DNA of 64,000 nucleotides from Hydrolagus affinis. Taxonomy: Eukaryota. The position numbers were made by a program, and so were the translations under genes. Positions 19,401 through 30,300 of this stretch are shown piece by piece (the first letter of the stretch is position 1; each line of letters opens with the position of its first letter). The notes below the pieces were generated by a model. It did not search any database. It was not told the origin of the DNA and saw nothing but the letters and a program-made list of their open reading frames with translations. The stretch lies in NCBI GenBank assembly GCA_012026655.1, contig JAAILG010000671.1, positions 1 to 64,000 of the forward strand, in the 5' to 3' direction.

Positions 19401-21260
19401 CTAAATAAATCTTGGTTATGCACCTAGACTGCCCTACATGTCGTTTTCTAATTCCGGCATTACGATTAAATTGAAAGTAGTGATATTGAAATTGAGTGAG
19501 AGAAATTCACTATTTTGTCTTTTAACTACGTAGTTACATTTGACAGGATATTTCCCTAAAATGAATTAATATTTTGCACCCTGCTTTATTAGGTGACACA
19601 TAGTAATGAATTAGGTTTCAGATTACCCTGTTTTCAGATTACTCTGTCACAAGTAAAATGCTGATCATGTACAAATACAATCAGTGCGTTCTAAAGAATT
19701 TGACTGCTTCCCACCATAATCAGTAAGACAACGGTGTCCTTCTAATTTACTCTTTAGTAAGGTGTGCACGCAGAATTCGTTGATTTTTTTGGAAATTATC
19801 TCTAGTTTTATATATGGCTATTTTGTTGTCTTGCGTAGATGTTGAGTATCTTTAGCATTACATGGTAAGGTTAAGTAGAAAAACAAGTTGGTTTTACCAA
19901 TTGTGATATCACGGATCTAAATTATGGAGTACAGTATTTGTTTTCCACATGAGTCTTGAGGGTAAATTGTGTACAGCATCTTTTAGTCTAGTGAAAGCCT
20001 GTCTGTCCCAATCAAAGATTGCATTATCTATCGCCAGTATCTGGATAAAGGACAAATGTTCGATGGGGTTTTGTATTGTTTCTGCTGTTTTGTCTCATGA
20101 TTATCAGGTGTATTCACAGTGGCTAAAGGTGTATAATTTAATAATTGCTGAGGAAAAACCACTAAATCTCCCAAGAAAGTTCACACATTCAATTGTCTAT
20201 TTAAAACTGGTTGAGAAAGCTTTTCACTGTTCAAGCTTGGCTATAGTGTCAGTGTAAAAGTTTTTGAGCCTAAAGCCATCTTATTCAATGCACATGACCC
20301 AAATAGGTAGTGTCCACTGGTGATATCAGCAGGACAGTTGTGACTGAATTATACATCAATCATTTTTAGTACTGTTGCTGAACAGTGGCAGTGACTATTT
20401 GATCATAAGCTCGGGCTAGAGCAACGTAATGATTAAGAATAATATTGGTAATGTAGTAACTGATCAAGTTTCAATGAAGCACGTACCTCTATGCTCTGTT
20501 AAAGCACATTGGAAGATGGTAATCGATTGTTGCTTATTTTGTCGTTTCTTTCTTGTCCTACCTCCCCTCAATGAATTTATTAGGTACTAACCCTTTATAT
20601 TAAATTGTATAACACAAGTGAAATATTGTCACGTGGCTGTATTTCAGTATTCCAGGTCAAGAGTATAGTACCTTAAGTTTTTTTTAGTTTGTAATGTGAA
20701 GCAGTGCTGCGACTGTGCCAGTACAGAAACATGTGAAAGTATTTTATCATTCATGTGTTTGTGCCAGCCATCGAATGAGCTTTTATGCTACTGTTTGTTT
20801 CTAAGCAATTTTAAGAAAAATAACTGGACCGTAACATATTTACTGAATACGTGCTGTTCTCACATGGTAAAGGCAAAATTATCCCAGATGTTGTTGGATG
20901 TGGTTGCAGAGGAAATAAAAAAATGTCATTTATTTGTCAAGCCAGAATGCATTGTGTGATCTGTACTTGAAAATGGATTCTTTAAAATTAAAAATATTAG
21001 TGGTGTAAAAATAGCATACAAAGCATTGTTATCCAGCATTTTTGGTATATTCTTAAAAGGACCATGATTTAAATTATATGTAAGTAGATGTCATTTGAAA
21101 TGTTAACTACAGGACTCCATGCCCATGAACTCCTGTATATACAATAAAAAGTACTGTTTGTTTTAGCATGGTTATGTGCTGTATGTCTGAAAAAATATTG
21201 GTAACTTATTTGATTTGCAGTTGTAAAATAAATGTGTTTCTGATGCTTAAAATCAAAGTT
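16459..21260 (+). other. DNAJC5: Probable long 3'UTR of DNAJC5
   Basis: Repeat-poor stretch after the stop, ending in AATAAA at 21143-21148 and 21227-21232 followed by U/GU-rich sequence. The end point is inferred; earlier AATAAA hexamers also exist. Confidence 0.55.
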
Positions 21261-21822
21261 TTTGTGTCTTAGCTTTATTTTCCAAATCGTGTGTTTTACC
21301 CAAAGTACTACCTTTCAATTTGTTTTGTTTTTTAAATCGCTGATAAAAGTTATTACAAGTTTGAGTAAAATGCAAATGCCATGTTATGTGTGATGGAGTA
21401 GATACAGGTTCTTATTACTTGCACAATATATGCTGTTTATCGTTTGAAGTTCTTGAGCCACAGTACATAGTGTATATGGAATGATACATCACTGAGACAG
21501 AGCCTACAGCACATAAATGAGCCATTCATCCATACTTAGTATTTATACTCCATACAAGCTCCTCTATTCTTTTCTCTCTCGGGTATGCATGGTTTCCTCC
21601 TCAAATATATTGATGCTGGTTACTTTTAACCACATTAAAAGTATTCTGTTGTGTTGCTGTAATGGATATTTTAGAATTCTTTAAGAGAAATGGCTAGCGC
21701 ATCAACAATCCATTTACTTTGAAAGGACATTTTTTACTTGAATTCCTTTATTAGTTTGGTGGGGGTTGTTTAAAGCTGTATTATACAATACATTGCCAGA
21801 GTATTACAAAGGGTTTTACAGT

Positions 21823-21890
21823 ACAACAACAACAATATTACACTTGTATAGCGCCTTTCACGTCAGGAGGACGTCCCAAGGCGCTGGATA
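21823..21890 (-). mobile_element. Solo ~65-bp L2 3' tail (also ~10898-10957 +, 11407-11470 -, 12044-12101 -, 48414-48483 +, 49795-49855 +, 55640-55706 +, 58550-58602 -)
   Basis: Near-identical acaacaac..ttacacttgtatagcgcctttcacgtcaggaggacgtcccaaggcgctg. Confidence 0.8.
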
Positions 21891-23042
21891 GTCACAGTTT
21901 ACAGTAGCACTTGAGTTTGAATTAGGTTAACGCTGCTATGCGCAATTGACTGCCGCGGTTCGCCCACACAATATACAGTCAATTCACTTTATAGTATATT
22001 CTTTGAAGTGCTTTGTGACGTCTAGAAGATGTGAAAGCTTTATATCTAATGCAAGGATTATTACTAAAACCTTTCCTATTCCACATCTGTTAAACAGTAC
22101 TGTTGCGTTCTGCTCGTTGCTGTCTAAACTCCCTTGGTTCAGCTGTCTGAAGTCTTTGAGGGCAAGAATTATTTTCGTGATATCATACACTATCTCCAGT
22201 TGAAGAGATCAAATGATTAACTTTTAGCATCAACAATTGAGACAGTCAAATTTGTTGATGAAATCTACCGCACAAATGTCAAATTGATTCTAGCTCGTGG
22301 CTATGCTAGAGAAATTGTTTTGTTCATTTTACATTAAGCTTTTTATACTAACCTATATATTGGTTCAAAAATTATATGGCATATTCCAGATGCTAAAGTA
22401 AATTTAGTGCTAAAGTACCTGACAATACAGGGAGGTGATTAAAGTAACAATGTTAAAAAAATCTTTCAGCTTCCTATGGTTAAATACCACTCCTATTTTG
22501 TACTTGTTTTCAAATAATTTCTTGTCAGCAGAGATGCTGCTTTCACCTTGCTTCTCATTTGGAACTGTGTAATTGGAAAAGTTTTATCAGCCAAATTATC
22601 AAAGCAAATGGCCTGTTGCAACTAACAGCAGCTGAAAGCTGTTACTTTGTGCAATGGAAATATCAAGAGACATGAGTCATCCACACTTTAGTTCATGCCA
22701 GAGAAGAGAGGAATATTTAAAGAGGCTTGGGACAAGGCTGCCTTCAGCCAGAAAGTGTTGCACTGGTGTGGGGGTGGGGGAGGTGAAGAGAAGGATCTAA
22801 AGTCTGTTTAATCAACACAAGCAAAGGAGCTGATGCCCGAAACATCATTGAACCCAGAAACGTAGACATTCATTTTTTTAAAAATGTTCAATGTCCTTGT
22901 GTATCTTTACAGTCATTTAAGGTGAACCGGGTTCAATTGGGAAGACACATTACTTGTGAATTCCGCTTTTATTTGCTAGAAACGCAAAGGCGAGAGATAT
23001 TATCATGGAGAGCCATATACTGTATTGTAGTAACTCCATATT

Positions 23043-23372
23043 ATAATAATAATACATGCATTTTGATATAGCGCTTTTCACATCTTATTGACGTCTCAAA
23101 GTGCATCACAGATTATACTGCAAACTAAATTGACTGTATATTTGTGGGCGAAACGCGGCAGCCAATTACGCACAGCAGCGTCCCCCACAAACAGTCGTGG
23201 AGTGAAATGGCCAATTTTATTATAGGGTTTTTTTTGGGGACGGATTATTTTATTAGGCATGTTTGTGGACTAAGGAAACTTGCCCAAGGTTTCGCCCTGA
23301 ATCTGCCTGGATTCGAACACAGGTCTCATACTTGTAAGGCGAGTGCTCAACCACTGAGCTACAGGAGTTCCA
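23043..23372 (-). mobile_element. Full-length tRNA-derived SINE (~330 bp) with L2-type tail
   Basis: A-box TAGCTCAGTGG and B-box GTTCGAATCC on the minus strand, shared body and (TTA)n tail; highly similar to other copies in the window. Confidence 0.85.
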
Positions 23373-23965
23373 TATTGTAGATAGAATAGAAGGAATTGCT
23401 ATTTCAGCTGCATGATCTGGTAAATAATGAGCTCACTGGAACTGATGAGTAAAGGACAAACTGCCATTTTGGTCATGACTGATTCTATCCACAATGTTTG
23501 TGTGGTTTGATGTCTCATGTTGACTGGGTTAAAAGAGTAGCAACTTGCAAGCTCGAAATCCCAGCTGTCAATACTCCCTTAAATCTTTCTTTAGACTTGA
23601 GTGTTTGAGGGCCTGGAAGAAAGCCATGTATTTCCACACTTGTTGATAATCAAGAACATGGTCTCATTCCTCACAGTTCAAAAACAATCCAGGTTTAATA
23701 GGTTTTGAAACCCAAACAAATGTCAGCCTAAAATACCTCAGAAGCAGGCAAACCCAAACCTAGAGCGAATTCTAATATTACGGTCACAAACAAACGTTTG
23801 GAACCCTAGCGGGAGAAAAAGCTAGATGTTAGGATAAAAATTGCGTTTGGGGGCATGGTTAGAAACGCGCCTGTAATTCGAGGAGTTGACTTCACTATTC
23901 CCTTGCGATATGAATGGAAGCAACATGAGATGAGTAATGGTACTTGAAAAAAATTCCTGATGTTC

Positions 23966-24042
23966 CATATATGGACAAGAGAATGTCTTGTTTCGCAACA
24001 TCTGATGCCCATGGCTTAAATTTAAACACAATGACAGATTGG
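23966..24042 (+). promoter_or_regulatory. Muscle-type proximal promoter module of the MuRF gene: CArG box, E-box, MEF2/TATA-like site
   Basis: CCATATATGG at 23966-23975 (perfect CC(A/T)6GG), CATCTG at 23999-24004, TTAAATTTAA at 24016-24025 (YTA(A/T)4TAR) and reverse CCAAT at ~24038-24042, all within ~245 bp upstream of the ATG. Confidence 0.6.
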
Positions 24043-24207
24043 TCCGTAGACAGGGGCCACAGTCTTGCCTTTGCGGACCTCGAAACGAAACCCTCTTTTT
24101 TGTGTATACGCGAGAACGTTTGAGGAAACGGCAGGGGGGGGGAAAAAAAGATACCGTACGCTGACTTGTCCGATTCCCAGCTTTCCCCCGCGAAATTGTG
24201 TTCTGTC

Positions 24208-24375
24208 ATGTCTATCCCGATGGAATACAGTTCCATTTACAGAGATTCTCAAACCATGGACGATCTGGAGAAACAGCTGATTTGCCCAATTTGCTTGGAA
24301 ATGTTTACCAAGCCTGTTGTGATCCTGCCCTGCCAGCATAACCTGTGTCGAAAATGTGCCAACGATATCTTTCAG
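24208..24375 (+). CDS. MuRF exon 1 (RING N-half)
   Basis: ATG TCT ATC CCG..., 168 nt, donor CAG|gtaaga. Confidence 0.93.
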
Positions 24376-27300
24376 GTAAGAGACCACACACCCTTTGTGA
24401 GACTTAATTAAACGAGACTTGATTTCAAATGTGCCAACACCACAAACGGATGATTTGTTCCATATGAAGTACAGCCGTGTGGAGTCCCTATAGCTCAGGG
24501 GTTAGAGCGCTTGCCTTACAAGTGTGAAACCTGTATTCGAATCCAGGCAGGTCAGGGCGAAACCGTAGGCAAGTTTCCTTACTCCACACACACACACACA
24601 CACACACACGCGCGCGTGCCTAATAATAATCTCCAAAAAAAAACACAATAATAAAATTAGTCATTTCAATCCATGACTGTTTGTGGGGGACGCTGTTGTG
24701 CGCAATTGGCTGCCGCATTTCGCCCACAAATATATGGTTAATTCAAGTTACAGTAAATTCTGTGAAGCGCTTTGAGACATCGAGAAGATGTGAAAAGATC
24801 GATATTAAAATTCAAGGATTATTATTATATCAATAGTAACATCGATCTGGAAAATCACCAGCGGCACTTTTCATACTCACAACAACAACTTGCGCTTATG
24901 TAACGCCCCTGGGCGGATCCTGACTCCAAGCCGGGTGAGGGTGGTGAGAGGGAGGAGGTGACCATAAACACGGTAGGAAAGGGGAGAGAGAGAAAGGTGG
25001 GGCAGAGTGGAGGGATTGAGGGAGATTTGTATGAAATAATCTATTCCTCCATCGAGGAAATGTTTCTAAAATAACTTGGATTTTCATACATCCTTCATGT
25101 CATTGATATGTCTCAAAGCACTTCACGTTAAGTGTGAACCGTACTGTAAAGTGGATCGGTCACGTATTTTAAGTGAGTCCTACGATGTCGCATCCTTTGT
25201 ACTGTACTCCTTTGATCCCCATTCGCTTTCTGGTCTTTTAATACTGCTCTATTTGTGGACGTTGCAAGGCCGCATCTAACTCCCGATGGGTGTAACCTAT
25301 TCCGAGGCTAATCTGTTCCCCTTCCATCGCTAGTCTCGCGGCACTGCCTTGGGCTCGGGGGGACGTTTCCGATGTCCATCCTGTCGGCAAGAAGTTGTCC
25401 TGGACAGAAACGGAGTTTATGGACTGCAAAGAAACCTATTGGTGGAAAATATTATTGACATTTACAAACAAGAGTCTTCGAGGTATGAGTCAAATTTGTT
25501 CTGTTTCAGGAAACAACAAACACACACACACACACACACAAACAAGACCTTCCTGAATGATAATGTAGTTGGAGGATTTGATTGACAGATGCTTAAAATG
25601 AATTGTATATACAGAGTATCGTGTAACAGTACAAACTGATGTCACGCAAACTGAAACGATCCAGGACTTTTGCTTACCATTTAATATTGGAGAATACCAA
25701 ATATTCTTAATGCGTCTTCACACTACCAACAGGAAACAGGTGAATATCGATGACTATTTGCCCCAGGAAGTAACCATAGCGATGCTAAAAAGAAACGAAG
25801 GGTTGCAAATAATAATTCAGCCTGTCAACAAGTCAAACTCATTGGTGTATGAGATAAATACGCGCTCGTTCTTTGAAGATGAAGACATTTGTTTAGATTA
25901 GAAGGATCCAGTGACTCTGATTTGTGTTGCGTTTATTGGTTGCTATTTGCAGCAAATGTCTAATAGCGTTTAATTAATCTAGGCCCAATGTAAAAACGGA
26001 ACAGCCTGTGTGCGAAGAGCACGACGAGGAGAGAATCAATATTTACTGCGTGTCGTGTGAGGTTCCGACCTGCTCCCTGTGCAAGGTATTTGGTGCACAC
26101 AAGGACTGCGAAGTGGCCCCCCTGATAACGGTGTACAAACAGCAGAAGGTTTATTTTATTTTATTTTATTTGAAAACTCGGTCGTTTCGAAAAGGGGGTG
26201 GGGTGGGGGGGGGAAAAGAAACCAACCCTCGGTGATCCTGTCGTTGTTTTCACAGAGTGAACTTAGTGATGAGGTTGGCGCCCTTGTAGCAGCGAACGCC
26301 AAACTGCAAGGTTGTATTAATCAGCTGGAAGAGACCACCAGAAATGTTGAGGTAACTTATGGATTTATGTCGCCACACCTCCTGCTAGACCATGCATCTC
26401 TCTGGCTATGTCACTGACCAATGTTGAGAGTGAAATACAGTAATAATAATCCTTGCATGTGATGTGGAGCTCCTGTGGCTCAGTGGTTAGAGCACTTGCC
26501 TTGCAAGCTGGGGAGACCTGTGATCGAATCCAGGCAGGTCAGGGCGAAACCTTGGGCAAGTTTCCTTACTCCACACGCCTAATAATAAGTCCCCCCAAAA
26601 AAACCACAATAATAAAATTGGTCATTTCAATCCACGACTGTTTGTGGGGGGGGACGCTGCTGTGCGCAATTGGCTGCCGCGATTCACCCACAAATATACA
26701 GTCAATTCACTTTACAGTATATTCTGAGAAGCGCTTTGGGATGTCGATAAGATGTGAAAAGCGCTATATCAAATGCAAGGATTATTATTATTATTATATA
26801 GCGCTTTTCACGGCTTCTAGACGTCTCAAAGCGCTTCACAGAATACACCAATGTAGTGAATTGACTGTATATATGTGGGCGAAACGTGGCAGCCAACTGC
26901 GCACACATATATATATATAAATAAGAACTATAGACACCTGTACTATTCCAACAAGCTGCTCTAAGAGTTCAACATTAATGGGTTAACAGTGGGTCAACAT
27001 TAACATGCTTCACTGGTTCATTTCTCGTCGGGCGGACGAGCCTTACAAGGTTTCCTGTGAAGTACTGTATAGTGAAGATGTATTTTGTAGCAGGGAGTGG
27101 CAGCTAATTTGTGGGCAGCAATGTCCCACAAACAACCATGAAGTCAATTGTATCCAGAGAATTTCATCAGGACAACAGGACCTGACGTGCCTCCGTCTTT
27201 TTTCAAAAAGATTCCTTTAATGTTCATCTGAAATCATCCTTTAATGTTCACATTAAAGGACTGCACATCTAGGATTGCTGCGTTTCCGCAACGTTGCATT

Positions 27301-30300
27301 GGGATGTCAGCCCAGCCCTAGAATATGAGCTGAAAATATCCATGTGTGTGTGTGTGTATGTGTGTGTGTACACCCAGAGGTGAGAGGACTATTAATTAAG
27401 TATTAAGTTAAGGTGGAGTATGAATCAGTCAACTGTGGCAGAAGTGACCTTATCGTTCTCGGATTTTACATTCAAGGATTTGTCACTCAGTTTCGTGTCC
27501 TGACCTCCCACATGTCTGAAATGTGTGAGGTTACAAACCCTTTGTCTACACCCCCCTTCTTAGTGCTGACATTATTTAGTGAGTACAAATAAACCCCGAT
27601 CGTATTACACTGTTTTAGATTGACAGCTTTAAAAAAGACTGTGTGATTCATTTTTAAAACGAGCGCGAGAAATAATGATAGTAACATAATAATCCTTGCA
27701 GTTGACGTAGTGCCTTATCGTGTCTTCAAGACGTTTCAAAGCATTTCAAGGAATATAATGTCAAACGAATCGACTGTACATTTTGAGGGCGAAACACAGC
27801 AGAAAACTGCACACCGCAGTGTCTCACAAACATACTTGGATTGGGTGACCAAGTTATTATTTTTTCCCATACAGGCTTGTGTTTGCGTACGGATAAGGAA
27901 TAAAACAGATTAAATGTGTCCCATCACTGCCTTGGAGTGTAACCGCTCCGTTAACCCCAACAAAGGAAAAGAAAATCGTTCAAGTTCGGAATTCAGAAGC
28001 CACAGGGAAAAGTGTTTTTTGCATGTTTAAACAAGGATCAGAATCATTTAAAATTTGTTATTCAAGTATTTTTTTCGTTTAACCAAAAAAGACGTCTTCT
28101 GTAGGAATTAAGCTGTGCTGCTTCATTACATGTTTCCCAAAGGATTTAATGACTCACACCAAGTGGAAGGGGAAAAAAACAAACGATTCAGCAGCAGTCA
28201 TTCAGGCTGTCAGGGGAATTCTGTGTGGGAGGGCAGTGAGCTGAACCAGTCTGTGTCTGTGTCTATCTCTGGTACTGGAGTGAGAAAGCAGACGCTTCAT
28301 GCGCTTGGCATTTTTCTCAAACAAAACCACACTTCACAGGAAAACTCCGAAGCCTCAAAAATCAGGGGTTGTATTACATTATGTAGCAAACTAGAGACAG
28401 ATCGTTTAGCCTTATATAGTGTAGGCCGCGCGCATATATGTACCTTGCACCCACGATGGTTCCTAGACAACAACAATTTACATTTGTACAGCCCCCTTCA
28501 TGTGTGGTAGCGTCCCGGAGGGTTCCAATGGTATAATGTGATTACTGTACTCTAAAATACCCACAGTAACAATTTTCCTTCTTATCAATGCCAGAAAATG
28601 TGATATCAAATGCAAGGATTATTATGATTATTATTTATTATTATTATTATTATTATCAGTAAAGAACTACTGAGAGAGTCGGGCAAAAGAAAAGGCCAGT
28701 TATATTAGCCATTAACTATCTAGTTCTCTACCATGACTGTTAATGTTGTTCTGGTGAGACTACAGCCCCTGTAGAATGCAATGATTCATTTCCACTCAGT
28801 TTGATCTGTTACCAATGCGAAAGGCCCACTTTAAACTTGCCTGAACTTATAGCGTAAGAACATAAAATTCTAGTAAACTGACTGAAGTAAAGAAAAAAGA
28901 AAATCCTGACTGTGTATATATATATATATACTTCGGTCAACTAAACTCTATCCCATACTGTGTCTTACAGTACAACTGTAGGAGTCAAAAACAAATGCTG
29001 TGTGAAAAGTTTAACTCCCTGTACACTATTTTGGAGACACGTAAGCAAGAAATGCTACAAAGAATCACGGGTGAGCAAGATGAAAAGATCTCTTACTGCA
29101 AGTCTTTGATGAGAACGTATGGGGAACATGTCCACGCCACATCGAAACTGGTGGAAACGGCACTACAATCGATGGAGGAACCACAAATGGCGGTATTTCT
29201 GCAGGTAGATTTCATCAGTTTGAGGCTCGCTCCATTTTTTTTCCCCCCCTTGCTCGACATTTTCTACGGCTGACGTACAAGTTAACGGTTTCTCCTTTCT
29301 TTCACAGAATGCAAAGCCTATGACTGCAAAGTAAGTACCGTGGTAAAGAGTTTCGACGGCTTACCGTGTAAGATTAAGCTAATTAATGAGTTTCCGCGTG
29401 TGTGTAATGTGATTAATACACCTTCAGAGTTTCAGAGGCAACGAGAGCATCGGAGATTGAAGAGTTAGAGCCTGATTATGAAACCATGGAGCATTACAAT
29501 GTGGACTTTGAAAAGGAAGAGAAAATCCTGCAGGAAACAGACTTTATCAAAGGTGCGTCACGCAGGAATCGAGATCATGTTCATAGCAGCACGAATGAAT
29601 ATTCATTCAGCAGCACATTCATCACCACCATCATCATCATCATCATAATCTTTGTACATGATATCGCGCCCTTTCAAGTCAGGAGGAAGTCTCAATGCGC
29701 TTCACCGGTGTAGTGACTGTGTATTTCGGAGGCGACTACCGAATGATTGAAGTATGTGCCTAAAGCTACCAATAGGATTATTGGGGGCGCTATGCTTTAA
29801 TTACTCGAAAGTAATCTCTGTAGCGTTCCTTTTATGTCCACAAACTGTGGGCGATCCCAAAAATATTACTTACATTATTAACTCCTCTATAAAACCAATA
29901 AATGTAATTCGGATTGTTATTTCTAAACTTTAAAAACTTGAGATTAAAAACAAAACAAAGTATAAGAATTCCTTTTAGGGGAATTTTAGGGGAATAAATA
30001 TATACATATTAAGGCAATTGAAACTGATATTTTGATTTGTTTGTGGGACACTACTGTGCACAATTGGCTGCCGTGTTTCACCCACAAATATACAGCCAAT
30101 TCACTTTACAGTATATTCTGTGAAGCGCTTTGAGAAGCCTAGAAGACATGAAAAGCGCTATATCAAATGCAATCATTATTTTTATTATTAATAATATCTC
30201 TGAATCTTATATGGAGCTAATGTAAACACTACTGATTTGCAGTTGAAGAGGAAACTGAAGAAGGATTCGAAGAAGATGAAGAATGCACAGCAGAAGAGAG

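Noticed and set aside
24166-24207. Longer MuRF N-terminus from the TTG start in the ORF track
   Set aside because: Non-AUG start; the ATG at 24208 gives the 168-nt first exon that aligns with the TRIM55 N-terminus.
26464-26540. tRNA-Ala-like sequence (and equivalents at 23300-23372, 24480, 38664, 39240-39312)
   Set aside because: These are SINE heads: no proper acceptor stem, variable anticodon loop between copies, and each is followed by the SINE body.
26453-26920. 155-aa ORF and similar ORFs at 23144, 38686, 38901, 39052 and 43042
   Set aside because: All are translations of SINE copies; the same pseudo-peptides recur wherever the repeat occurs.
27890-27915. 25-bp similarity (ggataa.g.aa.aaaacagattaaa) to 41614-41640
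   Set aside because: Short and AT-rich; probably a fragment of an unrecognised repeat or chance.
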